Source of the DNA: an uncultured Gemmatimonadales bacterium
GTDB lineage: Bacteria; Gemmatimonadota; Gemmatimonadetes; Gemmatimonadales; GWC2-71-9
Assembly (NCBI GenBank): GCA_963844035.1
Contig: CAWJMT010000009.1
Span: 32,001 to 96,000, forward strand
Direction: 5' to 3'
Length of the DNA stretch: 64,000 bases
The notes under the pieces are model-generated. The model was not told the DNA's origin. It did not search any database and worked only from the letters and a program-made list of their open reading frames with translations. A program made the translations under genes and the position numbers. This document shows, in pieces, positions 30,855 to 41,012 of the stretch (positions within the stretch are counted from its first letter, which is position 1; every line of letters starts with the position of its first letter).

Positions 30855-31907
30855 ATGGGAGCTCTCACCTTCGACGCGCTCCTTCGGGGCCTCAAACGCA
30901 GCACGCCCGATCCCGTCTACTATCTCCATGGTGACCAGGACGTCCTGAAGGACGAAGCGATCCGGGCGCTGCTCGATCGAGCACTCGAGCCCGGGGCACG
31001 TGATTTCAATCTTGATAACCGCAGCGCCGCGAGCCTGGACCCGGAGGCGTTTCACGCCCTCGTCAACACTCCCCCGATGCTCGCCCAAACGCGCGTGGTC
31101 ATCGTCCGGGGGGTGGAGCAGGTCAAGAAGGCGTCCGCGCTCTACAAGGAAATGACTCGCTACTTGGCCGCTCCGAATCCCACCACTGTGCTGATCCTCG
31201 TTCAAGGTGCCGGCGAAAGTCCTGATGGAGGCTTCGTCAAGGAAGCAACTTCGGTCGCGGTGGAGCCCCTGCCTCCGGAGCGGGTCGCCAAATGGATGGC
31301 GCGCAAAGCAGCTGAATTGCGGCTGGCATTGGAGCCCGACGCCGGTACGCTGCTGCTTGATGTCGCGGGACACGATCTAGGGTTCCTCGGGCAGGAGCTC
31401 GAGAAACTTGCAGTCCTGACCGGCGGCCGGCCGGGGACGAGCGCGGACGTCGCGGCGCTGGTTGGGGTGCGGCACGGTGAAACGTTGGCCGACCTGGTCG
31501 AGGCCGCGCTCGCGCGTCGCGGTCCCGCAGCCGCGCGGCTCGTCGAGCCGGTGCTCCAGCAGTCTGGGATGTCGGGGGTTCGCGTGGTGACCGCCCTGGG
31601 AACGGCGTTGGTGGGGACTGCCCTGGCCCGGGCCGAGCTGGACCGGGGGGTGGGAGCGGCCCGGCTTGCCGACGTCCTGTTCCGCCACATCGTCGCGGCC
31701 CGGCCGTTTGGTCTCGGCAACTGGAAAGAAGAAGCGGCACGGTGGGCCCGCTGGGCTACCGGATGGCAGCTGGCCGGGCTGCAGCGGGCGCTCCGTCGCA
31801 CGCTGGCCGCCGACGGTGCACTGAAGACGTCAACCGTGAGCGACGAGGGGGCGATCGTGATGGAGCTGCTGCTCACGTGGGCGGTGCCGGAACGGGAGGC
31901 CGCGTGA
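30855..31907 (+). CDS. holA: DNA polymerase III delta subunit
   Basis: PVYYLHGD, DFNLD, TPPML...RVVIV, QELEKL. Confidence 0.9.
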   Translation: MGALTFDALLRGLKRSTPDPVYYLHGDQDVLKDEAIRALLDRALEPGARDFNLDNRSAASLDPEAFHALVNTPPMLAQTRVVIVRGVEQVKKASALYKEMTRYLAAPNPTTVLILVQGAGESPDGGFVKEATSVAVEPLPPERVAKWMARKAAELRLALEPDAGTLLLDVAGHDLGFLGQELEKLAVLTGGRPGTSADVAALVGVRHGETLADLVEAALARRGPAAARLVEPVLQQSGMSGVRVVTALGTALVGTALARAELDRGVGAARLADVLFRHIVAARPFGLGNWKEEAARWARWATGWQLAGLQRALRRTLAADGALKTSTVSDEGAIVMELLLTWAVPEREAA

Positions 31908-32755
31908 GAACAGCGGCGGTCGGGCGGTCGGCCGGTCAGGCGGTCGGGCTCGCGTTGATGCTGTTGACCGGCGGACCGCCTGACCGCCTGACCGCTCAAC
32001 GGGCGGACTCACTTCGCCGTGCAGCGCTCAGCGTCGCCCAAACTCGGCCCGATTCCGCGCGCGCGATCCTGCGGCGACTGCTCGCCTCCCTGCCGCCAAG
32101 CGACTCGCTCTACCCGGGCGTGCTGTTGACGGCGGCGCGGCTCGCAGCGGATGCGCCGACAGTCGCGACCTACCTGCAGCGCGTCGCGATCGAGTATAGC
32201 CGCTCGGTGTGGGCCGACTCGGCACTGCTCCTGCTCACTCAGCTCAACTTCGCCCAGGGCGACCCCGCCGCCACCGTGCAGGCGACCGAACGCCTGCGGC
32301 GTGACTACCCCGATTCGCCGCTTAAGCCCAGGGGCGCGTTCTGGGGTGCGCGGGCGTACTTCGATTTGAAGGACGATGCACGCGGGTGCGCCTTGATCCA
32401 GGAGGCCCTGGCTGGCGCCGGCAGCGACGTCGAGTTCAGAAACCAGGTGTTATTCTACGCGTCACGCTGCACCAACCTGCCCCCGCCGGTGGCCGTGGTG
32501 CCGCCGGACAGCGCTGGTCTCCCTGCGGGGTCGACGTACGCCGTCCAGGTTCTCGCCGTGAAGAGCGCACCCCAGGTGGACGACATGTTGAGCCGCCTCA
32601 AGGTCATGGGTTTCGCGGCGCGGGTGGTGCGTGACACCAGCGGCCTCTTCAAGGTGAGAGTCGGCCGCTACGCCACTCGCGAGGAGGCGCAGCAGACGCA
32701 GCGTAATCTGAAGACGCGGCTGGGAGGCCAGCCTTTCGTAGTGGTCGAGCCGTGA
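31904..32755 (+). CDS. TPR-like plus C-terminal SPOR-domain protein
   Basis: YAVQVLA...FKVRVGRYATREEA. Confidence 0.82.
   Translation: MRTAAVGRSAGQAVGLALMLLTGGPPDRLTAQRADSLRRAALSVAQTRPDSARAILRRLLASLPPSDSLYPGVLLTAARLAADAPTVATYLQRVAIEYSRSVWADSALLLLTQLNFAQGDPAATVQATERLRRDYPDSPLKPRGAFWGARAYFDLKDDARGCALIQEALAGAGSDVEFRNQVLFYASRCTNLPPPVAVVPPDSAGLPAGSTYAVQVLAVKSAPQVDDMLSRLKVMGFAARVVRDTSGLFKVRVGRYATREEAQQTQRNLKTRLGGQPFVVVEP
31916..31995. repeat. 4+4 inverted octamer array (GCGGTCGG-type)
   Basis: GCGGTCGG GCGGTCGG CCGGTCAG GCGGTCGG ... TTGACCGG CGGACCGC CTGACCGC CTGACCGC. Confidence 0.8.
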
Positions 32756-35346
32756 CGGCGCGCGTCGAGGCCGGGACCCCGCTGATGCAGCAGTACCGTG
32801 AAATCAAGGCGCGGCACCCCGACACCATTCTGTTCTTCAGGATGGGCGATTTTTACGAAATGTTCGAGGACGACGCGCGTGTTGCCGCGCGCGACCTCGG
32901 GCTCACACTGACGTCGCGGAACAACGGCGGCGCGGCGGAGGTGCCGCTCGCCGGCGTGCCCGTGAAGGCGGCGGCCGAGTACCTTCGGCGTCTGATCGCC
33001 AAGGGACACCGCGTCGCGATCTGCGAGCAGACCGAAGACCCCAAGCTCGCCAAGGGCCTGGTGCGGCGCGAGGTGGTGGAGACAGTGACGCCGGGAACGG
33101 TCCTCGCCGACGAATGGCTGGAGCGCAACCGCAACAACTATTTAGTCGCCGTCGACCCCCGGGGGAGCAACGCAGGTATCGCCGCTCTCGACCTGATCAC
33201 CGGCCAACTGATCCTCGAGACGGTGCCGGGCGCTGAATTGGGGCCGGCGCTGGGGCGCTACGAGGCTTCCGAGGTCGTGCTGCCCCAGAGTACGGCGCTG
33301 CCGCTGACCGACACGCCGGCACGCACCGAGCGTGACCACTGGGAATTCGATGCCGAGCTGGCGCGCACGGATTTGAGTCGCACGTTCGGACTGTCGTCGC
33401 TCGACGGCCTCGGGGTGGGGCCCGGGGACGAGCCGGCGCTCGGCGCGGCCGGCGCCCTGCTCCGCTACGCTCGGGAGCTCAAGCCCGGCGGCCTTCCCCA
33501 CATCTCCCGACCCACGATCGTACGGCGCGGCGACGTGCTGCCGCTCGATGACATGACACGCCGCAACCTGGAGCTGGTGGAGTCACTACGCCCAGGCACC
33601 ACCGGCGCAACCGTGCTCGACGTGCTGGACCGCACGCTCACCCCGCTGGGTGCACGGCTGTTGCGGCGCTGGCTGCTTGCCCCGCTGGTGGCGCCGGACG
33701 CGATCAACGCGCGGCTCGACTGCGTTGCCGTGCTGGTGGCGGACCAGCGCGGCCGGGACCGTCTGCGGGAAGCGCTGGACGGCGTGCGCGATCTGGAGCG
33801 TTTGGCCGGGCGGGCAGCCCTGGGCCGCGCGACCCCCCGAGAGTTGGGGGCGTTGCGCGACTCGATCCTCCGTCTTCCCGACGTGCAGGCGGCGCTCGAC
33901 GGGCTCGAGGCGCGCGGCGGGGCCGCCCTGCTCGAGCAGACCGCGGAGCGCTTCGATCTGTTGGGGGACGTGGGGAACGAGCTCGCTCGCGCACTCGTCG
34001 ACCGGCCACCCGCTCAGTTGAGCGACGGCGACGCGATTCGGGCGGGGTTCGATCGCGAGCTCGATGAACTCACCGACGCACGCGACGGCGGCAAGGAATA
34101 CATCGCGTCGCTGCAAACGCGGGAGCGGGAGCGGACCGGCATCCCTTCCCTCAAGGTCGGCTTCAACAAGGTGTTCGGCTACTACATCGAGGTCACGCGG
34201 CCGCATCTCGCGCGCGTGCCGGCGGATTTCGAGCGCCGGCAGACCGTGTCGGGCGCCGAACGATTCGTCACCGCCGATCTGAAGGAGCACGAAGCCAAGG
34301 TGCTCGGGGCGGAGGAGAAAATCGGAGCCCGGGAGGCGGTGCTGATCGAACGGCTCCGCGCCAGCGTGGCAGCCGCAATCGTGCGAATCCAGACGACCGC
34401 AACGCTGCTCGCCCAGCTCGACGTTTGGGGGGCGCTCGCGGACCTGGCGCACCGCGAGGGGTACGCCCGCCCGACGGTCGACGACGGGTTCGTGATCGAG
34501 CTCGAGGGCAGCCGCCACCCGGTCGTAGAGCGCATGATGCCTCGGGAAACGTTCATCCCGAACGACGTCCTGCTGGACGACGCCGGCCGGGTGATCGTCC
34601 TTACGGGGCCCAACATGGCGGGCAAGTCCACCTTGCTGCGGCAGATCGGCCTGTGCGTCCTGCTCGCCCAGATGGGCGCATTCGTGCCTGCGCGCCGGGC
34701 GCGCATCGGAGTGGTGGATCGCCTGTTCACACGCGTCGGCGCGTCGGACAACCTCGTGCGCGGCCAGTCCACGTTCATGGTGGAAATGAGCGAGACGAGC
34801 GCGATCCTCCACGGCGCGAGCGCCCGGAGCCTCGTGCTGCTCGACGAAATCGGGCGCGGCACGTCCACCTATGACGGGGTCGCCATCGCGTGGGCGGTGA
34901 CCGAATTCCTGCACAGCGCGATCGGGTGTAAGACGATCTTCGCGACGCACTACCACGAATTGACGCAGCTGACCGAGGAGCTGGCGCACGCGCGGAACTA
35001 CAACGTGGCGGTGCGCGAGGTGGGAGACGATGTCGTCTTCCTGCATCGGCTGGAGCCCGGGGGAGCCGATCGTTCGTACGGGATCCATGTGGGCCGGCTC
35101 GCCGGCCTGCCGGCGCCGGTGTTGTCGCGGGCACGAGAGGTGTTGCGGCTGCTCGAGGCCGGCCACCGCGTCGCGCACCAGCCCGCGCCGCCGCCGCCGG
35201 ACGCGCAGCAGCTCGCCCTGTTCGTCCCGGCGGCGCGGCACCCGCTGCTGGCAGAGCTCGATGGGCTGGACGTGAATGCTCTGTCACCGCTCGAGGCGCT
35301 GAACCGCCTGGCCGCGTGGAAAAAGCAGCTGGGCGGAGCGGCGTGA
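32752..35346 (+). CDS. mutS: DNA mismatch repair protein MutS
   Basis: TPLMQQY, FRMGDFYE, TGPNMAGKST, DEIGRGT, ATHYHEL. Confidence 0.98.
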   Translation: MTARVEAGTPLMQQYREIKARHPDTILFFRMGDFYEMFEDDARVAARDLGLTLTSRNNGGAAEVPLAGVPVKAAAEYLRRLIAKGHRVAICEQTEDPKLAKGLVRREVVETVTPGTVLADEWLERNRNNYLVAVDPRGSNAGIAALDLITGQLILETVPGAELGPALGRYEASEVVLPQSTALPLTDTPARTERDHWEFDAELARTDLSRTFGLSSLDGLGVGPGDEPALGAAGALLRYARELKPGGLPHISRPTIVRRGDVLPLDDMTRRNLELVESLRPGTTGATVLDVLDRTLTPLGARLLRRWLLAPLVAPDAINARLDCVAVLVADQRGRDRLREALDGVRDLERLAGRAALGRATPRELGALRDSILRLPDVQAALDGLEARGGAALLEQTAERFDLLGDVGNELARALVDRPPAQLSDGDAIRAGFDRELDELTDARDGGKEYIASLQTRERERTGIPSLKVGFNKVFGYYIEVTRPHLARVPADFERRQTVSGAERFVTADLKEHEAKVLGAEEKIGAREAVLIERLRASVAAAIVRIQTTATLLAQLDVWGALADLAHREGYARPTVDDGFVIELEGSRHPVVERMMPRETFIPNDVLLDDAGRVIVLTGPNMAGKSTLLRQIGLCVLLAQMGAFVPARRARIGVVDRLFTRVGASDNLVRGQSTFMVEMSETSAILHGASARSLVLLDEIGRGTSTYDGVAIAWAVTEFLHSAIGCKTIFATHYHELTQLTEELAHARNYNVAVREVGDDVVFLHRLEPGGADRSYGIHVGRLAGLPAPVLSRAREVLRLLEAGHRVAHQPAPPPPDAQQLALFVPAARHPLLAELDGLDVNALSPLEALNRLAAWKKQLGGAA

Positions 35347-35780
35347 CGTTACGGTATGGGCGGGCGATCGCGGTCGCGGCATTCTGTGCCGGCGCCGGCT
35401 GCGACAAACCGGCCCCGCCTCCCGGACAGGCAGCGACTACCCCGGCCCCCGCGGCCGATCAAGAGCCCCCGGTGGCGTTGAACGCGGACTCGCCCATTCA
35501 GTATCCGCCACGGCTGTTCGATCGCAGAGTGGAGGGCGACGTGGTGTTGCGGCTGTTCATCGATTCAACGGGTAAGGTGATACCGGAGTCATCGCGGGTG
35601 GGCGAGTCGAGCGGCTATCCCGCCCTGGATTCCGCGGCGCTCGCCGGGGCGAAGAAGCTGCGGTATGCGCCGGCGCGCCGGCGGGGATCGCCCGTGGCCA
35701 CCGCGTTCCTGCAACGCATCGAGTTCCGCCATCCGGAGGGCAACGTGCTCCAGGGGAGTCCCGATGCCTCCGCACGCTAG
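35343..35780 (+). CDS. TonB C-terminal domain lipoprotein
   Basis: GAGC lipobox-like; YP...VEGDVVLRLFIDSTG...SSGYPALDSAA. Confidence 0.8.
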   Translation: MTLRYGRAIAVAAFCAGAGCDKPAPPPGQAATTPAPAADQEPPVALNADSPIQYPPRLFDRRVEGDVVLRLFIDSTGKVIPESSRVGESSGYPALDSAALAGAKKLRYAPARRRGSPVATAFLQRIEFRHPEGNVLQGSPDASAR

Positions 35781-37149
35781 ACCTTACGCGAACATTCTCG
35801 AAACGATCGGGTGGACGCCGCTGATCCGTTTGAACGCGGTGGCCTCAGGGATCCGCACGCCGGTGTACGCGAAGGCCGAGTTCTTCAACCCCGGCGGATC
35901 GGTCAAGGATCGGATCGGGCTCGCGATGATCGAAGCGGCCGAGCGGGAGGGCCAGCTCAAGCCGGGAGGGCTGATCGTCGAGGCAACGTCGGGCAACACC
36001 GGCGTCGGCCTCGCCATCGCGGCCGCTGTGAAGGGGTACCGGTGCATCTTCACGATGCCCGACAAGATGTCCCAGGAGAAGGCCCGGCTGCTCCGGGCAC
36101 TGGGCGCCGAGGTGGTGATCACGCCGACCGCGGTCCCGGCGGATCACCCCGAGAACTATATCGTGAAAGGCCGGGCCATCGCCGCCGCGCACCCGAACGC
36201 CGTGTTCGTGGACCAGCACTACAACCCGGTGAACCCCGAGGTCCACTATCGCACGACCGGGCCCGAGATCTGGGAGCAGACTGAGGGCCGCGTGACGCAC
36301 TTCGTCTGCTCCCCCGGAACCGGCGGCACGGTGAGCGGCGTCGGGCGGTACTTGAAGGAGCAGAACCCCAAGATCCGGGTGATCGCGGGCGATCCGGTCG
36401 GGTCGATCTACCTCCAGTACGCCAAGACCCATCAGAAGACCGACGGTCACCCCTATAAGGTCGAGGGGATCGGAGGCGATAAGATCCCGTCCTCGCTGCA
36501 TTGGGACGTCATCGACGAGTGGCAGGCGGTGAGTGACCAGGACGCGATGCTGATCGTCCGGCGCCTGGCGCGGGAGGAGGGCCTGTTCACCGGCGGGTCC
36601 ACCGGGGTGAACATCGTGAGCGCGCTGGACGTGGCGCGTCGCGTGAATGACCCAGCCGCGCTGGTGGTCACCGTCCTGGCCGATACCGGCGAGCGGTATC
36701 TCTCCAAGGTGTACAACGACGAGTGGCTGCGCGAAAATCAGATCCTCGAAGCGGAGCGGGTGACGGCTGGGCGGCTGGTGGGCGCGAAGGGCAACGGTGC
36801 CCCGCCACTGATCCACGTCGCTCCGCAAGCTACGGCGCGGCAGGCGCTCAATCTCATGAGCACGTACAACGTGTCGCAGCTCCCGGTGCTGGACGGCGGG
36901 GACGGGGTGGGCGCGGTGTCGGAGCAGGCGTTGATGGCGAAGGCCCTCGCGGAGCCGGGGACTTTGGACCGGCCGATCGGCGAGCTGATGGACCCGCCGT
37001 TTCCAGTTGTGGATGCCGATCTTCCCGTCGACCGCCTGACGACACTGCTGTCGCGCGGCACGCCGGCGGTGTTGATTCGCCACATGGGAACCATCACCGG
37101 AATCGTGACCCGGTATGACGTCCTGCATCAGCTCGCAGGGATTCAGTGA
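35764..37149 (+). CDS. Cystathionine beta-synthase (PLP) with C-terminal CBS pair
   Basis: NPGGSVKDR, EATSGNTG, GTGGT, DTGERYLSK, SQLPV. Confidence 0.92.
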   Translation: MPPHARPYANILETIGWTPLIRLNAVASGIRTPVYAKAEFFNPGGSVKDRIGLAMIEAAEREGQLKPGGLIVEATSGNTGVGLAIAAAVKGYRCIFTMPDKMSQEKARLLRALGAEVVITPTAVPADHPENYIVKGRAIAAAHPNAVFVDQHYNPVNPEVHYRTTGPEIWEQTEGRVTHFVCSPGTGGTVSGVGRYLKEQNPKIRVIAGDPVGSIYLQYAKTHQKTDGHPYKVEGIGGDKIPSSLHWDVIDEWQAVSDQDAMLIVRRLAREEGLFTGGSTGVNIVSALDVARRVNDPAALVVTVLADTGERYLSKVYNDEWLRENQILEAERVTAGRLVGAKGNGAPPLIHVAPQATARQALNLMSTYNVSQLPVLDGGDGVGAVSEQALMAKALAEPGTLDRPIGELMDPPFPVVDADLPVDRLTTLLSRGTPAVLIRHMGTITGIVTRYDVLHQLAGIQ

Positions 37150-38168
37150 TGCGCATAACCGTGCTGACGGGCGGCGCGACGCCCGAGCGCACCGTCGCGT
37201 TGGCGGGTGCGGCACAAATCGTCGCAGCGCTGCGGAGCCGCGGCCACACGGTGCGGGTAGTCGACACGACCCAGGGTCTCATGTCGGAGGGGGAGGAGAC
37301 CCGGCTGCTCGCGAGCACGGTCGGCGCGGGCCCGAGCGACGTGGGAGACCTGGAAGATCGCGAGCGCGCGATGCTGGGCAGCGGCCTCGCAAACCTGCCC
37401 GCGGTGCGCGATGCGGAGGTGCTGTTCCTGTCGGTGCACGGGGGCGCGGGGGAGGGTGGCGCGCTGCAGGCGGCACTCGACCTGCTCGGCGTGCCCTACA
37501 CGGGAAGCGGGCCGCTCGGGAGCGCGCTCGCGATGGACAAGGACCTGGCCAAACGCCTGTTCCGGGCCGCCGGCGTACCCGTACCAGCCTGGTTCATGGC
37601 CCCGGTCAGCCCGGAGGACGTGACCACCGCGCTCGGATGGCCGGTCATTGTGAAGCCGTCCCGCGGAGGATCGACCGTCGGGCTCTCGCTCGTCCAGAAC
37701 GCGAAGGGGCTGGACCAGGCGCTCCACCTCGCGGGGCGCTACGACGACGACGTGATGGTGGAGCAGTTCATCCCCGGGCGCGAGTTGACGGTTGGCATCC
37801 TGGGAGACGTCCCGTTGCCGGTGGGCGAGATCATTCCCAAGCACGAGTTGTTCGACTACGAGTGCAAGTACACGCCCGGAATGTCCCAAGAGATCTTTCC
37901 CGCCGACCTCGAGCCCAGCCTGGCGCGCCAGCTCCAGGAGCTGGCGCTGACAGCGCACCGCGCGCTGAAACTCGGGGGCTATTCCCGCGTTGACTTCCGT
38001 TTGAGCCCCGAGGGCGACATCTTTTGTTTGGAAGCCAATACGCTTCCTGGTATGACACGAACGAGCCTTCTCCCCCAGGCCGCCCGGGCCGCGGGGATCG
38101 AGTTTCCCGAGCTGTGCGAGCGTCTCTGCCGACTCGCTCGCACCCCCGGGAGTGGGCGCGGGAGATAA
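37149..38168 (+). CDS. ddl: D-alanine--D-alanine ligase
   Basis: HGGAGE, AMDK, GSTVG, FDYECKY, RVDF, LEANTLPGMT. Confidence 0.93.
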   Translation: MRITVLTGGATPERTVALAGAAQIVAALRSRGHTVRVVDTTQGLMSEGEETRLLASTVGAGPSDVGDLEDRERAMLGSGLANLPAVRDAEVLFLSVHGGAGEGGALQAALDLLGVPYTGSGPLGSALAMDKDLAKRLFRAAGVPVPAWFMAPVSPEDVTTALGWPVIVKPSRGGSTVGLSLVQNAKGLDQALHLAGRYDDDVMVEQFIPGRELTVGILGDVPLPVGEIIPKHELFDYECKYTPGMSQEIFPADLEPSLARQLQELALTAHRALKLGGYSRVDFRLSPEGDIFCLEANTLPGMTRTSLLPQAARAAGIEFPELCERLCRLARTPGSGRGR

Positions 38169-38171
38169 GCT

Positions 38172-39008
38172 GTGATAGACGCGCCGCGAATGTTTGGCAT
38201 GACCCCGTGGGTGCGACGGTTGCTCGTCGCCAACCTCCTCGTGTTCCTGTGCCAAAAAACGGTTCTGGTGGACCCGCGCTTCCAGGTGATTTTCGGCTTT
38301 CAGCCCCTGGACGCGGCGGCACGACCGTGGACGTTCGCAACGTACATGTTCCTGCACGGCGGCCTGCTGCACCTCGCGTTCAACATGCTCGCGTTGTTCA
38401 TGTTCGGACCGCCGGTCGAGGAGCGGATGGGCAGCCGGTCGTTCCTGACCTACTACGGCCTGTGCGGCCTTGGTGGGGCGGCGTTTTCCTTCCTGCTCAT
38501 GCAGATCCGCCCTGTGGACCATCCGATCGTCGGGGCGTCAGCGGCGATCTACGGTGTGCTGCTCGCGTTCGCGTGGGCGTGGCCCGACCAGCCGATCTAC
38601 GTCTTCCCGTTCCCGGCGCCGATCCCCGCGAAATGGCTGGTGACGTTCGCGGTGGTGATCTCGCTCGTGCTCGCGCTGCTCGACCTGTCGAGCGGGGTCG
38701 CGCATCTCGCGCACCTGGGCGGGTTCGCCACAGGGTTCCTCTACCTCAAGGCGTCGGACTGGCGCCTGGCACAAGCGGAGCGCCAGGTGCGCCGCACGGC
38801 CCAGCCGAGCGTGGTGGTGCAGTCCGCGCGCACGGCTGGCGGGGGCGACGCGAGCCGCAAGCCGCGTCCGGCATCGGAGCGGGACACCTCGGCGGCAGAG
38901 ATCGATCGCGTGCTCGACAAGATCTCGGCTCGCGGCATCGAGAGCCTCACGCCGGCGGAGCGGAAGTTTCTGTCGGAGACCAGTCGCAAGATGCGCGGCA
39001 AGCCGTAA
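38172..39008 (+). CDS. Rhomboid intramembrane serine protease
   Basis: HLAFNM, VGASAA, AHLAHLGG; C-terminal IDRVLDKI...LT..ER. Confidence 0.92.
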   Translation: MIDAPRMFGMTPWVRRLLVANLLVFLCQKTVLVDPRFQVIFGFQPLDAAARPWTFATYMFLHGGLLHLAFNMLALFMFGPPVEERMGSRSFLTYYGLCGLGGAAFSFLLMQIRPVDHPIVGASAAIYGVLLAFAWAWPDQPIYVFPFPAPIPAKWLVTFAVVISLVLALLDLSSGVAHLAHLGGFATGFLYLKASDWRLAQAERQVRRTAQPSVVVQSARTAGGGDASRKPRPASERDTSAAEIDRVLDKISARGIESLTPAERKFLSETSRKMRGKP

Positions 39009-39121
39009 GGCGCGCCGCACAGAATGTCAAGGCGGCGCCGCGCGCGCCCGCCGACACGCTCCCACAACACGTGCTTGTCACTCCGGCGACCGCTTCCCAG
39101 ATTGGAGCGGCCAATCGCTCC

Positions 39122-40066
39122 ATGCTCGTCAACCTCGTGCCGGAATTCCTCGCGGTGCTCGCCGCGCCCGACCCCACGGTCGCGTATCGGCGCTATATGG
39201 AGCGCCATCGACCGATCCTCGCCGCGTACTGGCAGAACTACGTTCTCGATCCGGAGTCGCCGCACGCCGCGGATGTGATCGCCGGCACGCTCCGGGCCGA
39301 CCGCAGCGATCTGCATCGTCTGCTCGACGACGTGGACGTCGCATCCATCGCCGAGGACGCGCTGCAACGCACGCTCGCCCAGCTCGAGGCCGACTGTCCG
39401 GTGGACTTGTACCTCACGGTGGGAGTGGGCGCGGCCAACGCCGGTGAGCTGGTGGTCGGCGGCCGCGGCATCGCGGTGGTGTGCCTGGAGCATTTCACCG
39501 GACGGGCCAACCCCGAGACCTTCGGGTTGGGGCTCGCTCCGCATCTGCTGCCGCTATGGATTGCACACGAGGTGGCGCACGCCGTCCGCTACACTTCGCC
39601 GACGAGCCGTGCCGACCTGAAGCGCCTGGTCGCGGAGGCGCGCGGCAATTACGACTACTGGGACACGGGGAGCCGGGCCACGCTGCGGGAGCTGCTCGTG
39701 AACGAGGGGGTCGCGGTCGCCACCGCGCAGGCGGTAGCGCCCGGATTCGAGCCGTGGTCGTACCTCGGCTACACGCGCCGGCAGTATCGGCGTTGCCGCG
39801 AGCTGGACGCGTTCCTGCTGCGGGTGGTTGGCCCCGAGCTCGATCAGCAAGGCCTGGGGCTGCGGCTGCGGTACCTGTCGGGCGGCATGCGGCCCACGGC
39901 GCGAGTCGCGAGCGGTAAGGTGCTCCCCGAGCGATCCGGGTACTACGTCGGGCTGCGGTTAGTGGAGCCCTTCCTCGCCGAAGCCGGCCTCGCGTCCGCC
40001 GTGCGGGCCGATGCGAGTGAGTTCCGCCAGGCGGACAACCGGGCTTTGGGGATCCAGTCCGCGTGA
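39122..40066 (+). CDS. Hypothetical protein, putative Zn metallopeptidase
   Basis: HEVAH...NEGVA...GYYVG (HExxH plus downstream Glu). Confidence 0.65.
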   Translation: MLVNLVPEFLAVLAAPDPTVAYRRYMERHRPILAAYWQNYVLDPESPHAADVIAGTLRADRSDLHRLLDDVDVASIAEDALQRTLAQLEADCPVDLYLTVGVGAANAGELVVGGRGIAVVCLEHFTGRANPETFGLGLAPHLLPLWIAHEVAHAVRYTSPTSRADLKRLVAEARGNYDYWDTGSRATLRELLVNEGVAVATAQAVAPGFEPWSYLGYTRRQYRRCRELDAFLLRVVGPELDQQGLGLRLRYLSGGMRPTARVASGKVLPERSGYYVGLRLVEPFLAEAGLASAVRADASEFRQADNRALGIQSA

Positions 40067-40263
40067 GCCCGAAACCCCGAGAAGAGCGCCGGCACAACCG
40101 GCCGCTGCGCGAAGTGTTGGACGAGCTGATGCATCACTCACGCGATGTGGCCAAGCGTGCCAAGACGATGACCGCCGCAGAAATGGACTACGCGCAACAG
40201 CGTCTCGAGTGGCTGGCGGACGAGGTGTGGCGCCTGGCCGCGGGAACCCCGCCCCCCGATTGA
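40063..40263 (+). CDS. Small hypothetical protein
   Basis: GTGA overlap with upstream stop; helical 66-aa ORF with typical codon bias. Confidence 0.55.
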   Translation: MSPKPREERRHNRPLREVLDELMHHSRDVAKRAKTMTAAEMDYAQQRLEWLADEVWRLAAGTPPPD

Positions 40264-40303
40264 TTAGCGCCGGCGACGTGCTCGTTTCGGAACGCCGCCG
40301 CTC

Positions 40304-40332
40304 TTGACACCCCCAGAAGGCGCGGGCACGTT
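40304..40332 (+). promoter_or_regulatory. Putative sigma70 promoter of the C1 cluster
   Basis: TTGACA-17 nt-CACGTT, ~150 nt upstream of fae. Confidence 0.45.
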
Positions 40333-40484
40333 AGCTCCCTCTCCAAGGATTTCTGGAAGGGCTACCCGCAGCAGCGGGACCGCGTGGCTTCGACGTCACA
40401 CCATGCCACGCCGCTCCAATATTCAGATGGGACTCAAAGCCCCAGCGCAGGTTTAGCGCATCACCTCGGAATCGGGAGGGGTTT

Positions 40485-41000
40485 ATGGCCGCGGATTTCT
40501 TTTTGGGAGAATCGCTGGTGGGCGAGGGCAACGAGGTCGCCCACGTTGATCTGATCATCGGATCCAAGATGGGCCCCGCAGGACAGGCATTCACGCAGGC
40601 GCTGTCGCGCAACAGCGACGGGTTCACCACGTTGCTGGCCGTCGTGGCGCCAAACCTGCCGGCGAAGCCGGACACGCTGCTGTTCAACAAGGTCACGATC
40701 AAGGGTGCGGCCCAGGCGGTACAGATGTTCGGACCGGCACAGGCGGCGGTCGCCCGCGCGGTCGTGGACTCCGTCGCGTCGGGGGTGATCCCGCGCGCCA
40801 AAGCGGACGACTACTGCATTCTGGTGGGCGTGTTCATCCATTGGCAGGCGAAGGACGACAAGAAGATCTTCAAGTACAACTATCAGGCGACCAAGGAATC
40901 GATTGAGCGCGCCCTGAAGGGCCAGCCCACGCTGGACGCCGTGATCAGCGGCGCGAAGACCGCCACCCATCCGTTTGCCGGCGGCGCCGACAAGAGCTGA
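40485..41000 (+). CDS. fae: Formaldehyde-activating enzyme
   Basis: [48 protein letters not shown]. Confidence 0.96.
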   Translation: MAADFFLGESLVGEGNEVAHVDLIIGSKMGPAGQAFTQALSRNSDGFTTLLAVVAPNLPAKPDTLLFNKVTIKGAAQAVQMFGPAQAAVARAVVDSVASGVIPRAKADDYCILVGVFIHWQAKDDKKIFKYNYQATKESIERALKGQPTLDAVISGAKTATHPFAGGADKS

Positions 41001-41012
41001 CGCTCACGGCAG

